From the NCBI GenBank assembly GCA_024641635.1, contig JAHECS010000009.1:31450-95449 (forward strand): DNA of 64,000 bases. The letters run 5' to 3'. The stretch's first letter is position 1. Every line of letters begins with the position of its first letter. The translations under genes and the position numbers were made by a program. Positions 51,533 to 61,976 of the stretch are shown in pieces. Source of the DNA: Actinomycetes bacterium. Lineage in GTDB: Bacteria > Actinomycetota > Actinomycetes > S36-B12. The notes under the pieces were generated by a model. The model ran no database searches, was not told where the DNA came from, and saw nothing but the letters and a program-made list of their open reading frames with translations.

Positions 51533-52711
51533 CTACGAGATACGTGTTCCCTTGCGAAGGGCGGGGACCATGGTGAACTGCACGAGGGTGGCCACGGCCA
51601 TGACGCCGAAGACGGCCCGGTAGGAACCGGAGATGTCGAGCAGGTGGCCCGCGGCGAGCGGGCCCAAGGCTCCGCACACGTAGGTGACGGAGAAGGCCAT
51701 CGCCGTCAGCCGCGCGGACGCGGCCCCGTCGGCGGCGAACTCGCTGAGCAGGGCCAGCCCCATGGCGAACCCGGCCCCCAGCCCCACCCCGAAGGCACTG
51801 ACCCAGATGACTGTCAGCCAGTCCGGCGCGAGTGCGATGACGCCGATCCCGACGAGGACGAGGACGAGCATGGCGGAGTACACGGTGCGACGTCTGGTCG
51901 TGCGCTCGGCGAGGGCTGGCAGCAGGAGTGCGGCGATGACCTGGCTGACCGTGAACGCGCCGAAAAGGTAGCCCGCATGGGTGGGCGTCCAGCCACGGGC
52001 CACATAGGACGGCGCGAGCCACGCGACGCACGTGTAGAACACGACCGCATTGCAGGTGAGGTACAGCGTCAGGGACCATGCGCGGCGGTCGCGCCACGGT
52101 AGGTCTCGAACGCGAACCGGGGTCGCGGTGCCCCGGTTGGCATCGTGGCGCCCCCCTTCGACGCGGTTCCACACGACGAGGCCCACAGCCGCGGGGAGAG
52201 CCCAGATTGCGAGAGCCTTCGGCCACGATCCCAGGGCATCGGCGAGGGGGGCCGTCAGCGCTCCGCCGACTGCGGCGCCCATCATCATGACTGCGGTCCA
52301 CAGGCCGGTGGCCAGGCCGACCTTCGCCGACAGCTGCTCGCGCACGACGCTCGGGACCAGACCGGCGGCGAAGGCGATCCCCACGCCGGCCGCGAAGACC
52401 GAGGCGGGCAGGACGCCGGGAACCGTCGAGAAGGCCCGGGCGGCGAGCGCGATCGTCAGGATGGCCAGCGCCCACGCGATCGTCTGACGGCGGCCGATCC
52501 GCCGGGCCACCCGGGGCACCAGGAGGGCGAAGGCGCCCATGCACACCACGGGGACAGTGGTCAGGGCTCCCATGGCCGCACTCGACCAGCCCATCGTCGC
52601 CTGGATGTCGGCGGTCACGGCGGGCACGCTCGACAGGGCTATGCGCAGGTTCAGCGCCACCATCGCGACGGCCGTCAGGACGAGCCAGGGCGGACGGGTC
52701 GCGGAGGTCAC
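51533..52711 (-). CDS. MFS transporter (CynX/NimT-like)
   Basis: 392 aa with about 12 hydrophobic segments and the typical loop 2-3 motif (PRVARRIGRR). Confidence 0.85.
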   Translation of the reverse strand: MTSATRPPWLVLTAVAMVALNLRIALSSVPAVTADIQATMGWSSAAMGALTTVPVVCMGAFALLVPRVARRIGRRQTIAWALAILTIALAARAFSTVPGVLPASVFAAGVGIAFAAGLVPSVVREQLSAKVGLATGLWTAVMMMGAAVGGALTAPLADALGSWPKALAIWALPAAVGLVVWNRVEGGRHDANRGTATPVRVRDLPWRDRRAWSLTLYLTCNAVVFYTCVAWLAPSYVARGWTPTHAGYLFGAFTVSQVIAALLLPALAERTTRRRTVYSAMLVLVLVGIGVIALAPDWLTVIWVSAFGVGLGAGFAMGLALLSEFAADGAASARLTAMAFSVTYVCGALGPLAAGHLLDISGSYRAVFGVMAVATLVQFTMVPALRKGTRIS

Positions 52712-52741
52712 CTGGGGATTGTCCTCCCGTACGCTGGCCGG

Positions 52742-53467
52742 GTGCAGGAGCCGACCGCCGACGCGCCGGGGCTCGGTCGTCGCCTCGCCCAGCCGGCGTT
52801 CCCGTCAGACGACGGTTCTGCCCATCCGGAGATCCGCAGCCTGGTGACCGCCGCTGTCGAGGGGCGCGTCCCTGTCGTCGCCGCGGCCCGTGCCCTCCGC
52901 GAGGTGCGCCTGCTGGCGAGCGTCGTGGCCGTCCTCGACGAGATGGGCGCCGACGGCGGGGACAAGGACAGCCACATGGCGGTCGTCTCCATGGTCAGCG
53001 CGAGTGGGGAGAAGGGCCTGTTGGTGTTCACCGGGGTGGACGCCCTCGCCGCGTGGAACCCGGATGCGCGGCCGGTGCCGGCCCTCGGCCGCGACACGGC
53101 CAGATCGGCGCTCGAGGATGGCGCGTCGGCGATCGTGCTTGACGTCGCCGGCCCCGCACGGCTGGTGCTCGAGGGGCCCGCGCTGGCCGTTCTCGCCGAT
53201 GAGCTCGACATGCCCGCCGTGACGGCGCTGGTCCAGGCGGCCCTGGCGCCGTTGACGTCGGACGGATGGGTGGACGTCGAGGTCTTCGATGCCCGTCCGA
53301 TGGACGCCGGCGTCGACGTGATCGTTCAGGTCTCCTGCGAGTCGGGCGGGCACCCCGACGGCCGGCTGGTCGCCGACCTGGCTCGGCAGGCTGCGGAGGT
53401 CATCCGGGCGAGGGCGGACATCCATCGCCTCGTCCCCGGTGGCGTCGGCGTCACCGCCGCCCCCTGA
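52742..53467 (+). CDS. SseB-family protein (function unknown)
   Basis: Starts at GTG 52742. It has the pattern PAFPSDDGSAHPEI...LLASVVAVLDE...MAVVSM...GLLVFTGVDALAAWNPDARPVP...ASAIVLDVAGP, as in actinobacterial SseB-like proteins. The start is inferred. Confidence 0.6.
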   Translation: MQEPTADAPGLGRRLAQPAFPSDDGSAHPEIRSLVTAAVEGRVPVVAAARALREVRLLASVVAVLDEMGADGGDKDSHMAVVSMVSASGEKGLLVFTGVDALAAWNPDARPVPALGRDTARSALEDGASAIVLDVAGPARLVLEGPALAVLADELDMPAVTALVQAALAPLTSDGWVDVEVFDARPMDAGVDVIVQVSCESGGHPDGRLVADLARQAAEVIRARADIHRLVPGGVGVTAAP

Positions 53468-53469
53468 CC

Positions 53470-53489
53470 CGCGAGTGGTCACTGCGCGC
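53470..53489 (+). repeat. 20-nt intergenic element, copy R1 (CGCGAGTGGTCACTGCGCGC)
   Basis: Perfect copy, 2 nt after the stop of the SseB-like gene. Confidence 0.9.
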
Positions 53490-53522
53490 ACGCCTCGTTG
53501 CGCCCGCCTCCCCGCCATTTCT

Positions 53523-53564
53523 CGCGAGTGGTCACTGCGCGCGTGCGCGCAGTGACCACTCGCG
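53523..53564 (+). repeat. Perfect 20-bp inverted repeat (copies R2 and R2') separated by 2 nt; a strong hairpin
   Basis: 53523..53542 is CGCGAGTGGTCACTGCGCGC and 53545..53564 is its exact reverse complement. It lies 50 nt upstream of the DinB-like gene. Confidence 0.9.
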
Positions 53565-53613
53565 GGGAAGGGTTGTGCGTGACAGGCGGGCGGCGCCCGG
53601 GTTCGATGGGGGG

Positions 53614-54291
53614 ATGCCGAGCACTCGACTGACGTCCGAGCAGTACATCGACTACCTCCACGCCGAGGGCGAACGGCTCCTGGCGTCCGCGGAAGGGAAC
53701 CTCGAGCTCGCCACCCCCACCTGCGAGGGCTGGTCGGTGGGGGACGTCATCGAGCACGTGGGCATGGTCTACGGGCACAAGATCGCGGCGCTCGAGCATG
53801 GGCGCCACCCTCAGCCGGGGGAGTGGACAGGGCCGCCGGACAACGTCGACGCCGTCCAGTGGTGCCACGCTCTCCTGCATCGGGTCGCTGCGGACCTGGC
53901 TGCCCTCCCCTCCGATGCGTACGCGTGGACGTGGTGGGAGCCGGAGCAGACCGCCGGGTTCTGGCAGCGGCGGATGGCCCACGAGACGGCGGTGCACCGT
54001 GCCGATGTCGAGGCGGCGACCGGGCCGATCACGCCAGTTGCCGCCGATCTCGCACTGGATGGCATCGATGAGTTGCTGGGTGTGGTGCTCGCGGATGCCG
54101 GGGTGGTCGATGTCGACGGCCCCCACGCCGTCGGGGATGCCGTGCGGGTGACCGTCGCGGGCGTCACCGTGACGGGGGGCGCCTCGGACCTGCTGCTCTG
54201 GCTGTGGGGGCGCCTCCCGGACGCCGTAGTCGTCGTGAGCGAAGGCGACGCTGCCGCGCTGCGGAACCTGCTGCGCGACGCCACCCAGTAG
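53614..54291 (+). CDS. Mycothiol-dependent maleylpyruvate isomerase family / DinB-fold protein
   Basis: Starts at ATG 53614. The N-terminus (LTSEQYIDYLHAEGERLL...CEGWSVGDVIEHVGMV) and HETAVHRADV are typical of the TIGR03083/MDMPI_N family. Confidence 0.75.
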   Translation: MPSTRLTSEQYIDYLHAEGERLLASAEGNLELATPTCEGWSVGDVIEHVGMVYGHKIAALEHGRHPQPGEWTGPPDNVDAVQWCHALLHRVAADLAALPSDAYAWTWWEPEQTAGFWQRRMAHETAVHRADVEAATGPITPVAADLALDGIDELLGVVLADAGVVDVDGPHAVGDAVRVTVAGVTVTGGASDLLLWLWGRLPDAVVVVSEGDAAALRNLLRDATQ

Positions 54292-54334
54292 CCCCCTGAC
54301 CCGCCCCAACTGCCTGCCGGCGCCAACGGGACCT

Positions 54335-54354
54335 GCGCGCAGTGACCACTCGCG
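54335..54354 (-). repeat. 20-nt intergenic element, copy R3 (reverse orientation)
   Basis: Perfect reverse-complement copy in the 79-nt gap between the convergent DinB-like and DUF1844 genes, 16 nt after the DUF1844 stop as read on the - strand. Confidence 0.9.
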
Positions 54355-54370
54355 GAGGGGGAGGCGCTGG

Positions 54371-54727
54371 CTAGAGCACGGGTCCGGTGAGGTTCTCGCC
54401 TGGACCCATGCCGGCGGCATCGGGAACCGGGGAGGCCTCGCGGAAGGCTCGCTGGAGGGCCTGGAGCCCGTCGCGCAGCGGAGCCGCGTGCATGCTGCCG
54501 ACAAGGGGGGCTGCGGAGGTCACGAGCCCGGCGAGCGCCGTGATGAGGATCCGAGCCTCGGCGAGGTCCGCCGGGGGAGCCGGCCGGTCGTCCTCCGCCT
54601 CGGCGAGGCCGCATGCGACGGCTGCGGCGGACATCAGGTGCATCGCCACGGTGAGGACGACCTCGACGGCCGGGACGTCGGCGATGTCCAGGGCCGCTCC
54701 GGGCGCGATTTCTGGCTGATCGCTCAT
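54371..54727 (-). CDS. DUF1844-like acidic protein
   Basis: 118 aa from ATG 54727 ([37 protein letters not shown]...). It sits divergent from infC, as in many actinobacteria. Confidence 0.7.
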   Translation of the reverse strand: MSDQPEIAPGAALDIADVPAVEVVLTVAMHLMSAAAVACGLAEAEDDRPAPPADLAEARILITALAGLVTSAAPLVGSMHAAPLRDGLQALQRAFREASPVPDAAGMGPGENLTGPVL

Positions 54728-54953
54728 GGCTGGTAGCCTTGCACCCGATCGATCCGGCCAGCCGGCCGGGTCGCGCAAGCGGAGTCCTCGACTCCCACCT
54801 GCGGACCGCCCTGCACCACCAGGTCCCGTGGGTCATGGCGTGCCAGCCGCGACGCGGCCGGAGCATGCCTGCCGAGGCCTTCGTGCGCGCCGCGCCGAGG
54901 GCCTCCTGCCTTGTCGGGGCGGGTCCTCCGCAGAACGACAGCGAGGAGGCGCC

Positions 54954-55544
54954 ATCAGCGTCGAACCACGGATCAATGACCGGATTCGCGTCCCCGAGGT
55001 CCGATTGGTCGGACCAAACGGTGAGCAGGTCGGGATCGTCCGCATCGAGGACGCCCTGCGCCTGGCCGTGGAGGCCGACCTTGACCTCGTCGAGGTGGCT
55101 CCGATGGCCAAGCCCCCCGTCTGCAAGCTCATGGACTTCGGCAAGTTCAAGTACGAGGCCGCGCTCAAGGAGCGCGAGTCACGCCGGAACCAGACGCACA
55201 CGGTCATCAAGGAGATGAAGCTGCGCCCGAAGATCGACCAGCACGACTACGAGACCAAGAAGGGTCACGTCGAGCGGTTCCTGAAGGCCGGCGACAAGGT
55301 CAAGATCACCATCATGTTCCGCGGACGCGAGCAGAGCAGGCCCGAGCTCGGGCTGCGCCTGCTGGCCAAGCTGGCCGACGACGTGACCGAGCTGGGCTTC
55401 GTCGAGGCGACGCCGAAGCAGGACGGACGCAACATGATCATGGTCCTGGCTCCGCACCGGAAGAAGTCCGACGTCGCGAAGGCCCGACCTGCCACAGCGC
55501 AGCTGGCCGACGAGACCGGGCTGGCCGAGGTTGAGACAGCCTGA
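54954..55544 (+). CDS. infC: Translation initiation factor IF-3, inferred non-canonical ATC start
   Basis: It has [26 protein letters not shown]...[11 protein letters not shown]. No ATG, GTG or TTG lies near the conserved N-terminus. An ATC at 54954 sits about 5 nt downstream of the SD GAGGAGG. Confidence 0.85.
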   Translation: MSVEPRINDRIRVPEVRLVGPNGEQVGIVRIEDALRLAVEADLDLVEVAPMAKPPVCKLMDFGKFKYEAALKERESRRNQTHTVIKEMKLRPKIDQHDYETKKGHVERFLKAGDKVKITIMFRGREQSRPELGLRLLAKLADDVTELGFVEATPKQDGRNMIMVLAPHRKKSDVAKARPATAQLADETGLAEVETA

Positions 55545-55626
55545 CGTCCGAACCGCCCGCACGCGGACCACGGTCCGCCCACAGACCCCGGCCCTCCGGC
55601 CGGTCCACACGATCGAGGACAACGAG

Positions 55627-55821
55627 ATGCCGAAGCAGAAGACGCACAGTGGCGCCAAGAAGCGGTTCAAGGTGACCGGTTCGGGCAAGATCACGCACGA
55701 GCAGTCCAACCGCCGTCACCTTCTCGAGGTGAAGTCCAGCAAGCGCATGCGCAAGCTGGAGTCCGACCAGGTGGTGGCCAAGGCCGACCAGAAGAAGGTC
55801 AAGCGACTGCTGGGTCGCTGA
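55627..55821 (+). CDS. rpmI: 50S ribosomal protein L35
   Basis: 64 aa, beginning [21 protein letters not shown]. Confidence 0.96.
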   Translation: MPKQKTHSGAKKRFKVTGSGKITHEQSNRRHLLEVKSSKRMRKLESDQVVAKADQKKVKRLLGR

Positions 55822-55902
55822 CCCACGGGCGTCCCTCGCCCACCCGGGTCGCTGACCCGCCCCAACCCACAGACATCACCACGAAGAACCCAGGAGAACG
55901 CC

Positions 55903-56271
55903 ATGGCACGCGTCAAGCGCGCAGTCAACGCACACAAGAAGCGTCGTGAGGTCCTCGAGCGCGCTTCGGGCTACCGCGGACAGCGCTCGCGGCTGTACCG
56001 CAAGGCCAAGGAGCAGGTCACGCACTCGCTCGTCTACGCCTACGCGGACCGTCGCACCCGCAAGGGCGACTTCCGCCGGCTCTGGATCCAGCGCATCAAC
56101 GCTGGGTGCCGGGCCAACGGCATGACCTACAACCGCTTCATCCAGGGGCTCAAGGCCGCGGGTGTCGAGGTGGACCGCCGCATGCTGGCCGAGCTGGCCG
56201 TCAACGACGCGCCGGCGTTCGCCGCTCTCGTCGAGGTGTCCCGCTCGTCGCTCCCCGCGACCGCTGCCTGA
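55903..56271 (+). CDS. rplT: 50S ribosomal protein L20
   Basis: 122 aa, beginning [26 protein letters not shown]. Confidence 0.97.
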   Translation: MARVKRAVNAHKKRREVLERASGYRGQRSRLYRKAKEQVTHSLVYAYADRRTRKGDFRRLWIQRINAGCRANGMTYNRFIQGLKAAGVEVDRRMLAELAVNDAPAFAALVEVSRSSLPATAA

Positions 56272-56278
56272 CCCGTCC

Positions 56279-57139
56279 TTGACCCACGCAGCCCGCATCA
56301 CGTCGGCGGCGTCGGACCGCGTCAAGGCGGTCCGAGCGCTCCACGCGAAGCAGGGCCGTCGTTCGTCGGGAAGGTTCGCAGTCGAGGGGCCCCAGGCCGT
56401 TCGCAGTGCTCTCGCCGCCGGCGTCGTCGTTCACGAGATCTTCGTGGCCGACGGCGCCGGTGACGCGTTCCCGGACATCGTCGCGGCCGCGCAGTCGGCC
56501 GGCTGCAGGGTCACGCCGACCAGCCAGCAGGCGCTCGCGGCGATGGCCGAGACGCAGCATCCCCAGGGTGTCCTCGCCGTCTGCGACCTCCTGCCGGCAG
56601 GCGACCTGGACGCGCTCATGGCCGGGCCAGGGCCGATCGTCGTCCTCGAGGGCGTCAGCGACCCGGGCAACGTCGGCACGATCATCCGTACCGCGGACGC
56701 GGCCGGTGCCGGGGGCGTCGTCCTCACGCCGGGCTCGGCCGACGTCCACAACGGCAAGGTGGTGCGGTCGACCGCCGGGTCCCTCTTCCACCTCCCGGTG
56801 CTGCCGGACGTCCCCCTCGCCGCCGTCGCCGACGCGGCCCGACGGCACGACAGGGCGCTGGTCGTCACGGCCGGGGACGGCGACGAGGACCTGTTCGCTG
56901 CGGCCGACGGCCGGCTGGTGTGCGGGCGCACCTGCTGGGTGATCGGCTCCGAAGCGCACGGCGCCAGCCCCGAGGCAAGGGCCGCGGCCGATCTGCTCGT
57001 GCGCATCCCCATGGCCGGCGCGGCGGAGTCCCTCAATGCGGCGGTCGCGACCGCCGTCGTGCTGTACGTCACCGCTCATGCGGGCCTCAGGAGCGGCGAT
57101 TCGAACACTGGCTCCGGGAATGACAGACTGGACCCATGA
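56279..57139 (+). CDS. TrmH/SpoU-family RNA 2'-O-methyltransferase (TsnR-like position)
   Basis: It has the SpoU motifs VVLEGVSDPGNVGTIIRTADAAGA, IGSEAHG and IPMAGAAESLNAAVA. The TTG start at 56279 is inferred; the longer ORF from 56162 overlaps rplT. Confidence 0.8.
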   Translation: MTHAARITSAASDRVKAVRALHAKQGRRSSGRFAVEGPQAVRSALAAGVVVHEIFVADGAGDAFPDIVAAAQSAGCRVTPTSQQALAAMAETQHPQGVLAVCDLLPAGDLDALMAGPGPIVVLEGVSDPGNVGTIIRTADAAGAGGVVLTPGSADVHNGKVVRSTAGSLFHLPVLPDVPLAAVADAARRHDRALVVTAGDGDEDLFAAADGRLVCGRTCWVIGSEAHGASPEARAAADLLVRIPMAGAAESLNAAVATAVVLYVTAHAGLRSGDSNTGSGNDRLDP

Positions 57140-57969
57140 CTGATCCGTCGGCGTACATCACCTTGCCGGTCTTCGAGGAGACCGGCTACGTCATCCTCGA
57201 CCCGTACGACCAGGCGCAGGATCCCCGCGAGTGGGAGGACCTCACCTTCGTCGACTGGAAGTCCTCCGGGGAGACGCGTTTCGCGCCCCTGGCCAGCGCC
57301 TACGGGGACATGGAGTGCAACGGCTTCTGGAACCACACGCCTCCGAAGACCGACAAGGACGGGGTCTGGGTTCCTGCGAACGTCGCGGTGGCACCACGCC
57401 TGGTGGCGCGAGCCGACGAGCCGGGAGCGAACATCGGCCGGTGCCGCGTCATCGAGCTGCAGCCGAACACGTATGCCGACGCCCTCTACAACCTGCACCG
57501 TGACGACAACAACCGGCTCAACGCCGAGGGCACCGGCTGGATCGTGCGGGCCTTCTTCAACCTCACCGACGATCCCGACACCATGATGATCCTGCGGGAG
57601 GATCGCGACGATCCGTCGACGGAGACCCGTATCGCCTTGCCGGCCGGAGCGCAGGCGATCATCGACACCCAGCGGCTGTGGCACGCCGTGTGGCACCCCG
57701 GTGCGCAGGCGCGGTACTGCCTCATCACGTCGTACGAATGCGGTCCGGAGCTTGACGCGTACATCTCGGCGAAGAACGGGAAGCCCCGCATCGAGAATCC
57801 CGATCTGGACCCGGCTGTTGCCGCTGCCGCCGAGGCCGATGCCCAGGCGAAGCGGGCTGCCCGCGCGGCAGCTCTCGCCGCCCAGGGCGCCGATCCGGCC
57901 TTCGGTGACGGTTCCCTGAGCGGCGGCTCAGCGATGGACTCCACCATGGAGGTCCTGTCCGAGGCCTGA
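57136..57969 (+). CDS. Uncharacterised protein, possible cupin/double-stranded-beta-helix Fe(II)/2OG-oxygenase fold (AspH-like pattern), with an Ala-rich C-terminal tail
   Basis: 277 aa. Its ATG overlaps the trmH-family stop (ATGA). The composition is coding-like. A candidate H-x-D...H triad is present (NLHRDD at aa 121-123, LWHAVWH at aa 183-187), and the spacing and flanks resemble Asp/Asn beta-hydroxylase-type cupins. The fold assignment is inference only. Confidence 0.55.
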   Translation: MTDPSAYITLPVFEETGYVILDPYDQAQDPREWEDLTFVDWKSSGETRFAPLASAYGDMECNGFWNHTPPKTDKDGVWVPANVAVAPRLVARADEPGANIGRCRVIELQPNTYADALYNLHRDDNNRLNAEGTGWIVRAFFNLTDDPDTMMILREDRDDPSTETRIALPAGAQAIIDTQRLWHAVWHPGAQARYCLITSYECGPELDAYISAKNGKPRIENPDLDPAVAAAAEADAQAKRAARAAALAAQGADPAFGDGSLSGGSAMDSTMEVLSEA

Positions 57970-58048
57970 GGGCCCAACGCTTGACGCACCGCGGGCGACA
58001 GGTCGCGGCGCTGGGGGAGCACACCCCCGGAGGAGAGGAAGAACGCAG

Positions 58049-58980
58049 GTGACCACCCCGCAGTCCGTGGCGTCCGTCCCGTACAGCGCAGTCCTGGACG
58101 AGCTCGAGGCCGAGGCCATCCACATCTACCGCGAGACCGCGGCCGCATTCAAGAACCCAGTGCTCCTCTACAGCATCGGCAAGGACTCGTCGGTGCTTCT
58201 GCACCTGGCAGTCAAGGCCTTCGCGCCGGCGCCGATCCCGTTCCCGGTGATGCACATCGACACCGGCTGGAAGTTCCGGGAGATGATCGAGTTCCGCGAC
58301 CGTCGGGCCGCTGAGCTCGGTCTCGACCTGCGCATCGCGCAGAACGTCGCGGCCATTGAGGAGGGCGTCACCCCCTTCACCCACGGGACGCACGAGTACA
58401 CCCGCCTGATGAAGACCGTCGCGCTGCGCGAGGGACTGGACCGGTACGGGTTCGATGCGGCCGTCGGCGGTGCGCGTCGTGACGAGGAGCGCAGTCGCGC
58501 CAAGGAGCGAATCTTCAGCCTGCGGGAGCCCGGGCACCAGTGGGACCCGCGCAAGCAGCGCCCGGAGTTCTGGCGCACGGCGAACACCCACCTCGCCCCG
58601 GGGCAGTCGATGCGGGTCTTTCCCCTGTCGAACTGGACCGAGCTCGACGTCTGGAAGTACATCCAGCGAGAGAGCATCCCCATCCCTGACCTGTACTTCG
58701 CCAAGCCGCGTCCGGTCGTCGAGCGCGACGGCACCCTGATCATGGTCGACGACGACCGCCTGCCGCTCCGCGAAGGAGAGGTTCCCGACTTGCGCACGGT
58801 GCGTTTCCGCACGCTGGGCTGCTATCCGCTCACCGGGGCCGTCGTCTCGACGGCCGACACCATGGAGCAGCTCGTGGAGGAGATGGCCGGCGCGAAGTAC
58901 TCGGAGCGCTCCGGCCGGCTCATCGACGGCGAGGGCGGCTCGGAGTCCATGGAGGGCAAGAAGAAGGAGGGCTACTTCTA

Positions 58981-58981
<1 letters not shown>
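58049..58981 (+). CDS. cysD: Sulfate adenylyltransferase subunit 2
   Basis: 310 aa. It has [11 protein letters not shown], the PP-loop [13 protein letters not shown] and [11 protein letters not shown]. Confidence 0.95.

Positions 58982-61974
<2,993 letters not shown>

Positions 61975-61976
<2 letters not shown>

Noticed and set aside
51468-52544. The N-terminal 359-aa extension of the 826-aa ORF 50064..52544, as a giant fused guanine deaminase.
   Set aside because: The extension is an Arg/Pro-rich alternate frame that lies entirely over the MFS transporter gene. The deaminase homology begins at the Met at 51467 (MAQVHRGHVFHVEG).
46262-52711. The xdh/guaD/MFS block as a horizontally acquired island.
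   Set aside because: There is no flanking tRNA, direct repeat, integrase or IS, and the GC content and codon style look like the rest of the window by eye. Without computed statistics, there is no support beyond the strand switch.
53523-54354. The DinB-like gene flanked by inverted 20-nt repeats, as a mobile cassette or MITE-like element.
   Set aside because: There is no transposase or integrase, I could see no target-site duplication, the composition is by eye the same as the surroundings, and the same repeat occurs singly elsewhere (1604). It is treated as a dispersed intergenic element rather than as mobile-element ends.
54728-54953. A structured regulatory RNA in the 226-nt infC leader (for example the stem GGAGTC-ctc-GACTCC at 54781..54795).
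   Set aside because: I found only short GC stems of the kind expected by chance in GC-rich DNA, no recognisable conserved motif, and no identifiable -35/-10 pair. This is left as ordinary divergent promoter and leader space.
54296-55866. Two short shared sequences. A 15-mer, CTGACCCGCCCCAAC, occurs at 54296..54310 and 55852..55866. A 13-nt hairpin, GGGTCGCTGACCC, is duplicated at 55812..55824 and 55846..55858 around the rpmI stop.
   Set aside because: At this base composition, my rough estimate is that tens of exact 15-mer coincidences are expected in 64 kb, and many more 13-mers. These matches are therefore not significant on their own. The stems are only 5 bp.
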